Both the position numbers and the translations under genes were made by a program. From positions 1 to 45,692 of the IMG/VR virus record IMGVR_UViG_3300037423_000942: a stretch of 45,692 bases of DNA. One strand, 5' to 3'. The number at the start of each line of letters is the position of its first letter. Position 1 is the stretch's first letter. The DNA is from a virus. Taxonomy: Duplodnaviria > Caudoviricetes. Under the pieces are notes generated by a model. It worked only from the letters and a program-made list of their open reading frames with translations, did no database searches and was not told the origin of the DNA. Shown here in pieces: positions 17,016-25,297 of the stretch.

Positions 17016-17369
17016 ATGAAATATCAAACTGACGAACTGGAAGGCGCATTGCTGGATGCGGCTGTTGCCAAGGCCGAGGGTCGACGCTTCGAGGTTGTAA
17101 ATGGCCGATGCGGTGTGAGCCAAGATGCGGCCGACCCACTCGGACAGTGGTTTGAGCCCAGCACGGACTGGCGCGACGCTGGACCGATCATTGAGCGCCA
17201 CGGAATCTGGCTTCGGCAAGGCGGCAACGTCCGAAAGGACGGTGAGTTGTTCTCGCTGTGGGTCGCGCGTGTCGGCGACATGGGTTTCCCGGCGTATGGC
17301 AAGACTCCTCTCATCGCCGCCATGCGAGCCTTCGTCAAGAGCAAACTGGGCGAGGAAGTGGAGCTGTGA
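17016..17369 (+). CDS. NinX/DUF2591-family protein
   Basis: ELEG..LD.AVAKAEG...PSTDW..AGPIIER..I...G.TPLIAAMRAFV. Confidence 0.85.
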   Translation: MKYQTDELEGALLDAAVAKAEGRRFEVVNGRCGVSQDAADPLGQWFEPSTDWRDAGPIIERHGIWLRQGGNVRKDGELFSLWVARVGDMGFPAYGKTPLIAAMRAFVKSKLGEEVEL

Positions 17370-17621
17370 TGAAGGTACGAAAGATTCGACGGCAGCTGCC
17401 CCCCGGCGCGTGAGGCGCAATTGGTCTGCTACGAGGCCTATCAGGTAGTGGGCTCCCTGCTTTTGGATCTGGGTATCTTTGATGAGCCGTTCGCGCAAAA
17501 GGTGCTGGACAACTTGAGTGCTGCGCGGCGCGTTCACCACGCCGTTCTCCCGTGGCCATCGATCAAGCGGCACCCGCTGGATATCTGGCGTGTACCGGCC
17601 GAAAACGGGCCGGAAGAATAG
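17369..17621 (+). pseudogene. Hypothetical gene with an apparent frameshift in a C6 run (17399-17404), or a 66-aa CDS from TTG 17421
   Basis: TGATG-coupled ATG is one base out of frame with the ...CYEAYQVVGSLL...LDNLS...VLPW body. Confidence 0.5.
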
Positions 17622-17625
17622 CCAG

Positions 17626-17653
17626 TTGCAAAGTTTGAAACAGTCCATAGAAT
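17626..17653 (+). promoter_or_regulatory. Late promoter pR'-like (TTGCAA-N16-TAGAAT)
   Basis: sigma70-like hexamers in an AT-rich patch downstream of Q and NinX. Confidence 0.7.
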
Positions 17654-17710
17654 AGGACCGTGATCGTATAGCGGACGGGAAGAGACCGGACGCAAAAAGA
17701 GTAGTCGATC

Positions 17711-17734
17711 CCGCCCATCGCGGGCGGAGCTTTT
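17711..17734 (+). terminator. tR'-like terminator
   Basis: CCGCCC-ATCGC-GGGCGG then AGCTTTT, about 55 nt after the promoter. Confidence 0.5.
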
Positions 17735-17830
17735 CCCCCAAGACAGCAAACGCAAGGGGTTGGGCGGGCACCGAGGAAACGTAGGGCATTCCCATTCAGC
17801 TGGTGAAGCGATGTTAGCTAGCCCCCTTGC

Positions 17831-17992
17831 TTTTGCTCTGTTCTGCGGCGTGGAAAGCAGACACGCCTGCGCAAACGCCGACCGCCGAGGACGATTTAGT
17901 CACGTTACAGCGCGAGTGGTCTCTACCGGGCTGACCCCCGGCAAGCCTAGACAGTCGGACGCCCTAGTAGCGCGGGGCCAGACAGAGCAAAA
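17831..17992 (+). ncRNA. tRNA-shaped structured RNA A
   Basis: Closing stem 17831-17845/17979-17992, D-like arm GCGTG/CACGC, variable domain closed by CCGAC/GTCGG, T-like arm GCCCT/GGGGC abutting the closing stem. Confidence 0.6.
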
Positions 17993-18045
17993 CTAACAAC
18001 ACCCGCCACGCCTCTCAACGATGCGCACCCCGGCGGGTTACTGAA

Positions 18046-18183
18046 TTCGGTGAATGCGCAGGCTGATGCGCGAGATTCAGGTGGCGTGGTGTGACCGCTC
18101 TTGCTGGTGGCGCAAGCCGAGTGAGTGCCTCAAGCCCCTGTTGAAACCGGCAAGCCGGAGATCAGCACCGGCCACCGAACCCA
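18046..18183 (+). ncRNA. tRNA-shaped structured RNA B ending in N-CCA
   Basis: 7-bp stem TTCGGTG/CACCGAA, 4-bp D-like arm, 5-bp T-like arm, complementary loops GCTGAT/ATCAGC, then C-CCA. Confidence 0.72.
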
Positions 18184-18224
18184 CAGTTGTCTCCGCTCCT
18201 GAGTCCGCAAGGGACTCATTGCAA

Positions 18225-18250
18225 GCCCGCCGCGTGCGGGCCTTTTTATT
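18225..18250 (+). terminator. Intrinsic terminator after the RNA array
   Basis: GCCCGC-CGCGT-GCGGGC-CTTTTTATT. Confidence 0.8.
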
Positions 18251-18438
18251 GCCACCCCGAAAGCCACGCCTAGAACGGGGATAGGTTCCGGTCAGGGGCA
18301 AATGGCCGGAGATGCTTCACGCGAATGCGATACCGCGAAACCCCGGGCATCGCGAAGGGCAGCGTCCCAGCGGCGAGGCTCACAAGCCGTTGACACCGTA
18401 AGCCCTCATGGGGCGCACCCATCCGAAAAGGAAACACC

Positions 18439-18765
18439 ATGGCCACGAATCCCGCACAAGCCCCCGCTGATCCCGAAGACCTCCAAGACGGCGGCGCCGA
18501 CGAAGCCAGCGAGGACCAGGGCCAAGACGCGGGCTACGAGGTCGTCATCTGCGTCAAGCCCGATGGCTCGTTCCGTGTGGGCGTGGAGCCAGCATCCGAA
18601 GAGTCCGGCGAGTACGAGGACGAATCCAAGTACAAGCCCGCTTCCAACGTGAAAGAGGCCCTGACCATCGCCCTCGAAGCGATCAAGGCTGACGGTCAGA
18701 TGCCTGACGACGGCAGCGCCGACGCCGACCTGGACGCTGGTTTCAAGTCCCGCGGCGGGTACTGA
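18439..18765 (+). CDS. Highly acidic hypothetical protein, 108 aa
   Basis: AAAGGA SD; strong codon bias. Confidence 0.8.
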   Translation: MATNPAQAPADPEDLQDGGADEASEDQGQDAGYEVVICVKPDGSFRVGVEPASEESGEYEDESKYKPASNVKEALTIALEAIKADGQMPDDGSADADLDAGFKSRGGY

Positions 18766-18816
18766 GATCATGAAGACGCTGACGATTGGCGGCTTGGCTC
18801 GCATGGAACGTGGGCT

Positions 18817-19359
18817 GTGAGTCTGACCCCGAAACAAGAGCGCTTCGTTCAGGAATACCTGATCGACCTGAACGCGACTGCCGCCTACAAGCGGGCAGGG
18901 TACGAAGCGAAGGGGCACGCCGCCGAAGCGAATGCTGCGCGCCTGCTGAGGAATGCTGAGGTTGCCGCCGAAATTGCGCGCCGCAGCAAGAAGACGGCGC
19001 AGAAGTACGAGCTCACGAAAGAGCTGGTGATCCGCAGCATCGTGCAGGAACTCACGTTCGACCCGGCAAACCTGTACGACGCGGACGGCAACCTGCGCAA
19101 GATCACCGAGCTCCCGGAGGACGTGCGCATGGCGCTGACCTCGGTGGAGTTCGAACAGCACGGCTCGCCGGAAGCGCCCGTGTTCGTTCGCAAGGTGAAG
19201 TGGGCGCAGCGGCAAGGCGCCCGTGAGCAGGCCATGAAGCACCTGGGCCTGTTCCTGGAAGACAACAAGCAAAAGCACGCCGTCGAAGAGCTCCCTGACG
19301 ACGTGCTGGACCGACTGATCGCAGCCAAGGCCAAGGAGCTCGGCGTCCGGCTGCACTGA
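18817..19359 (+). CDS. terS: Terminase small subunit
   Basis: LTPKQERFVQEYLIDLNATAAY.RAGY signature. Confidence 0.95.
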   Translation: MSLTPKQERFVQEYLIDLNATAAYKRAGYEAKGHAAEANAARLLRNAEVAAEIARRSKKTAQKYELTKELVIRSIVQELTFDPANLYDADGNLRKITELPEDVRMALTSVEFEQHGSPEAPVFVRKVKWAQRQGAREQAMKHLGLFLEDNKQKHAVEELPDDVLDRLIAAKAKELGVRLH

Positions 19360-20789
19360 TGCAGGATCTCGAGGAACTGCCGGCCAAGACCGTGCTGGCG
19401 ATGGCGCTGCAAGAAAAGGCGCGGCGAGCCAGTGGCCGCAGGCTGATGGCGTACAAGCCGTACCCCAAGCAGGAGTCTTTCCACATCCACGGCGCTGACC
19501 TCGCGATCCGCGAGCGGCTGCTGATGGCGGGAAACCAGCTTGGCAAGACCTGGTGCGCGGCGTTCGAGACGGCGATGCACCTGACCGGCCAGTACCCCAA
19601 AGGCTGGAAGGGCGCGGTATTCGATCATCCGACGGCAGGCTGGGCCGCATCGCTTACCAGCCAAGGCACGCGAGACACGGTGCAGCGACTGCTGCTGGGA
19701 AAGCCTGGCGAGTGGGGCACCGGAGCCATCCCGCGCGAGGCGATCCTCGAGATCAAGCGGGCCAGCCATGGTGTGGCCGATGCGGTCGAATCCATCACAG
19801 TGCGGCATATCTCCGGTGGGACGAGTCGCCTGACCCTCAAGACGTACGACCAGGGCCGCGAGCGCTGGCAGGGTGAAACACTGGACTTCGTGTGGTTCGA
19901 CGAGGAGCCGTCGGCGGACATCTACTTCGAGGGCCTGACGCGCACGAACGCCACAGCGGGCATCGTGTACATGACGTTCACGCCCTTGCTTGGGATGTCG
20001 ACGGTAGTCAAGCGCTTCCTGATAGACAAAACGCCGGGAACGCATGTGACGACCATGACGATTGAAGACGCGCTGCACTACACGCCCGAGCAGCGCGCCG
20101 CGATCATCGCCAGTTACCCGGCGCACGAGCGCGAAGCCCGCGCCAAGGGCATCCCGACGTTGGGCTCTGGCCGCATTTTCACGGTCGCCGAGGAAGTGAT
20201 CCGCGAGATGCCAGTGAGCATCCCGAACCACTGGCCGCGCATCGTGGGCATCGATTTCGGCTGGGATCACCCCACAGCCGCCGCGTGGCTGGCGTGGGAC
20301 CGCGACACGGACACGGTGCATGTGTACGACGCCTATCGAGTGCGTGAGGCAACGCCGTTGATCCACGCGGCAGCGATCAAGGCCAAAGGGCCGTGGATTC
20401 CGGTGGCTTGGCCGCACGACGGCTTGCAGCACGACAAAGGCTCTGGCGAGCAGCTGGCAAACCAGTACCGCGGCCACGGACTGAACATGCTCAAGGAGCG
20501 TGCGACCTTCGAGGACGGCACGAACGGCGTGGAAGCCGGCCTCATGGACATGCTGGACCGGATGCAAACCGGACGGCTGAAAGTGGCCAAGCACCTGCAC
20601 GACTGGTGGGAAGAGTTCCGCCTTTATCACCGCAAGGACGGAAAGATCGTCAAGGAGAACGACGACCTGATGTCGGCCACGCGATACGGGCTGATGTCGT
20701 TGCGGCACGCAAAGGTGAACGTTGTGAAGCAGCTTCCCAAAGTACCCGCCTACCGCAGCTCAGTCCCCGGCATGGGGCCGCTGGGCTGA
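19359..20789 (+). CDS. terL: Terminase large subunit
   Basis: AGNQLGKT Walker A, WFDEEP Walker B, TFTP, GIDFG, PHD, DDLMSATRY nuclease motifs. Confidence 0.97.
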   Translation: MQDLEELPAKTVLAMALQEKARRASGRRLMAYKPYPKQESFHIHGADLAIRERLLMAGNQLGKTWCAAFETAMHLTGQYPKGWKGAVFDHPTAGWAASLTSQGTRDTVQRLLLGKPGEWGTGAIPREAILEIKRASHGVADAVESITVRHISGGTSRLTLKTYDQGRERWQGETLDFVWFDEEPSADIYFEGLTRTNATAGIVYMTFTPLLGMSTVVKRFLIDKTPGTHVTTMTIEDALHYTPEQRAAIIASYPAHEREARAKGIPTLGSGRIFTVAEEVIREMPVSIPNHWPRIVGIDFGWDHPTAAAWLAWDRDTDTVHVYDAYRVREATPLIHAAAIKAKGPWIPVAWPHDGLQHDKGSGEQLANQYRGHGLNMLKERATFEDGTNGVEAGLMDMLDRMQTGRLKVAKHLHDWWEEFRLYHRKDGKIVKENDDLMSATRYGLMSLRHAKVNVVKQLPKVPAYRSSVPGMGPLG

Positions 20790-20808
20790 TCCAACCCAAC
20801 ACCACGAC

Positions 20809-20838
20809 AGGCCGCCATCGCGCGGCCTTTGTCATTTC
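20809..20838 (+). terminator. Possible weak terminator hairpin after terL
   Basis: AGGCCGC-CATCGC-GCGGCCT then TTGTCATTT. Confidence 0.45.
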
Positions 20839-20849
20839 AGGAGCCAAGC

Positions 20850-21113
20850 ATGGCGCAAAGAGTCTTTGAAGTCGGCGACAAGAAGAACATCACGGCGACG
20901 AACGCCGAGCTGTTCGATGTGGATCTCATGGGCATCTTCGTGTCGCAGGCCACGAGCACGCCCACGATCAAGGTGGCCGACGGCAAGGGCACGATCGCCA
21001 ACACGTTCACGCCCATCCCCGGCACGTACTACCCGCTGCCGTGCAGGACGGTGGGCGCGCTGACCGTGACCATCAGCGGCACGGTCGACTGCACGATCTT
21101 CTACGCGCAGTAA
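20850..21113 (+). CDS. Small beta-rich virion-associated protein, 87 aa
   Basis: CAGGAG SD, ATG 20850. Confidence 0.75.
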   Translation: MAQRVFEVGDKKNITATNAELFDVDLMGIFVSQATSTPTIKVADGKGTIANTFTPIPGTYYPLPCRTVGALTVTISGTVDCTIFYAQ

Positions 21114-22343
21114 ATGCTTCTGACCTGGGCTTCCAGCCGCGGCTTGCCGACGCTGTACCTGGACTTTCTGTCCAGCGAAAGCGCCGACTCCCGCCTGACG
21201 ATCTCAGGAGGGGCGGGAGGAACGCGTGTCAATTCGAGCGGAAACATTGTTTCTGCCTCTGCTCCGAGGTTCGATTACGACCCGGTATCACTTGCAGCTA
21301 GAGGGCTGCTGGTGGAAGAGCAGAGAACGAATCTGCTGCTTCAATCGGCAGGCTTCAGCTCTGCGCCGTGGGCAGCCAGCGCATCCACGCTCACGGCAAA
21401 CGCAGCGGGCTCGCCGAATGGTGCAAGCAACGCTACCAAGCTGGTTGCCGACGCGACATCCACGAACGGGCATCAAGTCCTCCAAGCTGTCAGCGTCACC
21501 AGCGGCACGACCTACACGCTGACCGCCTACATGAAGCAGGGCGAGTACGGGTATGGAAACTTGCTGCTGGATGCAGCAGCCTTCGGAGGCACGAACCAGA
21601 TCGGCAATTTCGATCTGGTCAACGGAGCGGCTTCCGTTGGGCTGGGGACGCCGACCGTTTCCATCACGAACGTTGGCGGCGGCTGGTACCGCTGCACGAT
21701 CACTGCGACGGCGAGCGCAACGGTCTCCGCAAACGTTGCGCTGCGTGTCAATTCGACATACAGCAACGCCGCATTCACGGGCACAGGAACGTCCGGCATC
21801 TATGCGTGGGGAGCCCAGCTCGAAGCAGGCTCCTTTGCCACCAGCTACATCCCCACCACTACCGCTCAAGTCACCCGCACAGCAGACAGCGAAGCTATGA
21901 CGGCAGTCTCATCGTGGTTCAACGCGACTGCTGGCACGTTCTATGTGGAGGGCGATTCGCTCGTCAACGTCGCGAGTGGCGTGCCGCTGTTGTCCATTGA
22001 CGACGGGACGACGGGCGTTAACTCGCTGGACATTCGCTGGAGACCGAGCGCAACAGGTGCCGTTATTTCGAGTGGGTCGGCCACGCAAGCGGACCTCTCC
22101 ATCCCCGGCCTCACTGTTGGAAGCGTCTACAAGTTGTGGCTCGCCTACGCGGCCAACGACTTCGCCTTCATCGCAAACGGCGGCGCACCTGTCACCGATT
22201 CGGCTGGCGCGGTCCCCGTGAGCCCGACGACGCTTCGCATTGGCAGGGCGAGCAGCGGCAACCCGATGAACGGGCACATCCGCAAGCTTCTGTTCTTCCC
22301 CGTTCGCCAGCCCAACGCCACCGGACAAGTGCTGACGCAATGA
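21114..22343 (+). CDS. Fibre/spike protein with carbohydrate-binding and LamG-like domains, 409 aa
   Basis: PRFDYDP...GLLVEEQRTNLL...WGAQLEAGSFATSYIPT...TR.AD...NGHIRKL motifs typical of phage fibre or head-spike proteins. Confidence 0.8.
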   Translation: MLLTWASSRGLPTLYLDFLSSESADSRLTISGGAGGTRVNSSGNIVSASAPRFDYDPVSLAARGLLVEEQRTNLLLQSAGFSSAPWAASASTLTANAAGSPNGASNATKLVADATSTNGHQVLQAVSVTSGTTYTLTAYMKQGEYGYGNLLLDAAAFGGTNQIGNFDLVNGAASVGLGTPTVSITNVGGGWYRCTITATASATVSANVALRVNSTYSNAAFTGTGTSGIYAWGAQLEAGSFATSYIPTTTAQVTRTADSEAMTAVSSWFNATAGTFYVEGDSLVNVASGVPLLSIDDGTTGVNSLDIRWRPSATGAVISSGSATQADLSIPGLTVGSVYKLWLAYAANDFAFIANGGAPVTDSAGAVPVSPTTLRIGRASSGNPMNGHIRKLLFFPVRQPNATGQVLTQ

Positions 22344-22633
22344 GCACAACCCTCTACCTTCGCTTCCCCGACGAAGCCACCTTCCGCGCGAGCCTTCCTG
22401 CTGATTTCATCCAGTACGGCGAAACCGGCTCACCCTTGCCTGATGGTGTTCAAGCCATCCGCATCATCGGCCCGATGTACTCGGGCGGCACCTACGACGG
22501 GCAGGGCAACGTCATCACCGCGCCGACTCTCGTTGCAGGCTGGCATGTGAACGTGCTCGGGACTTTGCCCGATGCGTGGAAGGCTTACGAGATCCATCCG
22601 GTAACGCCTTCGGGCGTGTTCGGAACCAAGTAG
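22340..22633 (+). CDS. Fibre-associated small protein (putative chaperone), 97 aa
   Basis: YLRFPDE...IG......GWHVN...P.TP..VF; ATGA-coupled to the fibre gene. Confidence 0.7.
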   Translation: MSTTLYLRFPDEATFRASLPADFIQYGETGSPLPDGVQAIRIIGPMYSGGTYDGQGNVITAPTLVAGWHVNVLGTLPDAWKAYEIHPVTPSGVFGTK

Positions 22634-22640
22634 ACAAACG

Positions 22641-25079
22641 ATGATCGACGAATCCCTCCTGCCCGACGAACTGCAATCGGGCGGGGGAGAGCTCGCCCGT
22701 CCCAAGCGTGTTTTCTCCGATGAGGAGCGCGCTGACCGGCTTGCTGCTCTCAGCCAGGTCGTTGTCTCCAAGCGCGACGAAGCCGTCAAGGCCCGCAAAG
22801 ATTCCGGCATCGAGGACAAGTGGCTCGAATGCGAGGAAGCCTATCTCGGCATCGACGACGCCAACCGTGGCGAGTTTGCCAAGGCGCGCTGGGCCAAACC
22901 CACCAGCATGCAGGGGCCGCTGACGACCAGCGACAGCCAGCAAAGCGCGAACAAGTCCACCGCCTTCGTGCGGCTGACGTCGCGCTATGTGGACATGGGC
23001 GCGGCCAAGCTGTCGGAAATCGTCCTGCCCATTGACGACAAGGCGTTCGCCTTTGGACCGTCTCCGGTGGCCGATCCGGTGGTAACGGTTACCACTGCCG
23101 GCCAGCAATCGGCACCTAATCCGGCGACTGCGCAGCCCGCGCAACCCACGGCTGTTGCACAGGCGGCGGCCATGGCTGGTGGCGCGCCCAGTCCAACGGC
23201 GCCGACAGCGCAAGCGGCTCCCGTCCCGCAGGTGGACCCGGCCGAGCAGCAACAGGAAGAAGCGACCCAGAAGGCGAAAAAAGCCGAGAAGCGCGTGTAC
23301 GACTGGATGGTGGAAAGCCGCTATCCGCTGCAGATGCGCAAGGTGATCCACGACTCCGCGCGCATCGGCGTGGGCGTGCTGAAGGCGCCGTTCCCCGATC
23401 AGCGCACGCGCAAGGCGTTCTCCGTCAAGGGCGACAAGGGCGTGCTGGAGATCGTCACCAAGGTCAGCCCGGCGATGAAGTGGGTCGACCCGTGGAACCT
23501 GTTCCCGGCGCCCGGCTGTGGCGAAGACATCCACTCGGGCGACTACATCTTTGAGCGTGACTTCCTGTCCCCCGCGAGCCTAGACAAGCTCAAGAACCTG
23601 CGCACGGCGCCGGTTGGCGACCAGCCCGGGAAGCCGATCTACATCCCTTCGGCCATCGACAAAGTGCTGCAGGAGGGCCCGAACAAGTGCAAGGTCGAAG
23701 GGAACAACCCGAGCGACAAGGCCGACAACTCGCGCTTCACGATCTGGCACATGACCGGGACGCTGAACCGCGACGACATGGAAGCGCTCGGCGCGCCGGG
23801 CATCGAGGATCTTCCGGAGGAGCTCGCGCAGGTCTTTGCCATCGTCACGCTGGCCAACGACACGGTGATCCGTGTGGCCTTCAACCCGCTGGAGAAGACG
23901 GGCAACTTCCCGTACCGCACCTTCCCTTGGAGCCGCCGGGCCGGTCACTGGGCTGGCGTGGGCGTGGCCGAGCAAGTGTCCATGCCGCAGCGCATGGCCA
24001 ATGCGGGCTTGCGCGCGTGGATGAACAACGCCGGCAAGGCGGCCGGCAGCCAGATCATCCTTGACCAGCGCGCCGTGGCGCCCGCCGACGGCAACCCGGA
24101 GATCACGCCAGACAAGCTCTGGTACTACCTCGGCGACGGCATGAGCGATGACGTGCGCAAGGTCTTCGCCCTGTTCACGATTCCCGACCTCGGCGCGAGC
24201 CTGCTGCGCATCCTGCAGGAGGCGTTCCAGCTGGCGGAGCAGCAAAGCAACATCCCGCTCATCGCCCAAGGGCAGACGGGCGCGAATGACCCGGAAACGT
24301 TCGGGCAATCCGAGCTGCTGAACGACAACGGCAAGACGCTGCTGCGCGACAAGGCGTACACGCTGGACGACTGCATCACTGAGCCCGTCGTGCAGGACTT
24401 GTACGAATGGCTCCTGCTGGATGACACCGTGCCGGACGACGAGAAGGGCGACTTCGAGATCAACGCCCGCGGATCCATCGCCATGGTGGAAAAGGCGATC
24501 CAGGAGCAGACCTTCCCGATGCTCATTCAGGCGGCGGCGCAGAACCCGACGTATGGGCAGAACCCGGCCAAACTGTTCGCCGAGTGGATGCGCGCCAAGC
24601 GCTTCAACCCGGAGCTGACGAAGTACACGCCGCAGGAGATGGCCGACCTCCAGAACCGCCAGCCGCCCGAGGCTCCGGTGGTGCAGGCCGCGAAGATTCG
24701 CGCACAGGTCGACCTGCACAAGCAGGACATGGCCGATCAAACCAAGCTGAAGGTCGAAGGTGCGCGCCACGACCGCGAGACCATCTACCAGGATTCGCTG
24801 AACGAGCGCGCCCACATCGACGCGGACTACCGCGAACGCCTGCTGCATCAGCAGTGGCAGATTGCGCTGCTCGAATACTCGAAGGCCCAGAACATCACGC
24901 TGCAGGAAGCCAAGACGCAACTAGCGGGCTTGGCCATGAAGCTCGAGACGCAGCGCGAACTCTCGCGCGATTCGCTGGCGGTCGACGTGCACAAGCACCA
25001 CTCGCCCGCACCGCAGGCACTGACGCCGCCCGCTGAACCCGCAGGCCGCGCCGAGCCCGGCCAGAGCTTCGCGCAATGA
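22641..25079 (+). CDS. Portal protein, 812 aa
   Basis: Size and position; D.ARIGVGVLKAP, VDPWNLFPAP, WAGVGV, C-terminal coiled coil. Confidence 0.9.
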   Translation: MIDESLLPDELQSGGGELARPKRVFSDEERADRLAALSQVVVSKRDEAVKARKDSGIEDKWLECEEAYLGIDDANRGEFAKARWAKPTSMQGPLTTSDSQQSANKSTAFVRLTSRYVDMGAAKLSEIVLPIDDKAFAFGPSPVADPVVTVTTAGQQSAPNPATAQPAQPTAVAQAAAMAGGAPSPTAPTAQAAPVPQVDPAEQQQEEATQKAKKAEKRVYDWMVESRYPLQMRKVIHDSARIGVGVLKAPFPDQRTRKAFSVKGDKGVLEIVTKVSPAMKWVDPWNLFPAPGCGEDIHSGDYIFERDFLSPASLDKLKNLRTAPVGDQPGKPIYIPSAIDKVLQEGPNKCKVEGNNPSDKADNSRFTIWHMTGTLNRDDMEALGAPGIEDLPEELAQVFAIVTLANDTVIRVAFNPLEKTGNFPYRTFPWSRRAGHWAGVGVAEQVSMPQRMANAGLRAWMNNAGKAAGSQIILDQRAVAPADGNPEITPDKLWYYLGDGMSDDVRKVFALFTIPDLGASLLRILQEAFQLAEQQSNIPLIAQGQTGANDPETFGQSELLNDNGKTLLRDKAYTLDDCITEPVVQDLYEWLLLDDTVPDDEKGDFEINARGSIAMVEKAIQEQTFPMLIQAAAQNPTYGQNPAKLFAEWMRAKRFNPELTKYTPQEMADLQNRQPPEAPVVQAAKIRAQVDLHKQDMADQTKLKVEGARHDRETIYQDSLNERAHIDADYRERLLHQQWQIALLEYSKAQNITLQEAKTQLAGLAMKLETQRELSRDSLAVDVHKHHSPAPQALTPPAEPAGRAEPGQSFAQ

Positions 25080-25297
25080 CGCCGCAGCCGCCCACCTTCG
25101 CTCTGAAGCCGAGCGAGAAGGACAGCGACTGCTGGCGCAGGCTGAAAAAAGAATTTCAAAGGCAGCTCGACGTCGAGCGCGCCCGAAACGATGGCATCCA
25201 CCACGACGAGAGACAGACGGCCTACATGCGTGGCCGCATCTCCGTCCTGAAGTATTTGATCGCCCTCGACACACCGAATTCGCCGCCCGCCTCGTAA
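25076..25297 (+). CDS. Small post-portal protein, 73 aa
   Basis: W..LK......L...R..ND.......TAYMRGRI..LK.LIAL pattern; ATGA coupling. Confidence 0.8.
   Translation: MTPQPPTFALKPSEKDSDCWRRLKKEFQRQLDVERARNDGIHHDERQTAYMRGRISVLKYLIALDTPNSPPAS

Noticed and set aside
17831-18183. Canonical tRNA or amber-suppressor tRNA that would explain the TAG at 15741
   Set aside because: Neither element has a TTCRA T-loop or a 5-bp/7-nt anticodon arm, and the CTA triplets present are not in such a loop
17760-18652. ORFs called in the late leader (17760..17996, 18054..18284, 18302..18652)
   Set aside because: No SD, no codon bias, and they cross terminators and stems; the region is better explained as RNA structure
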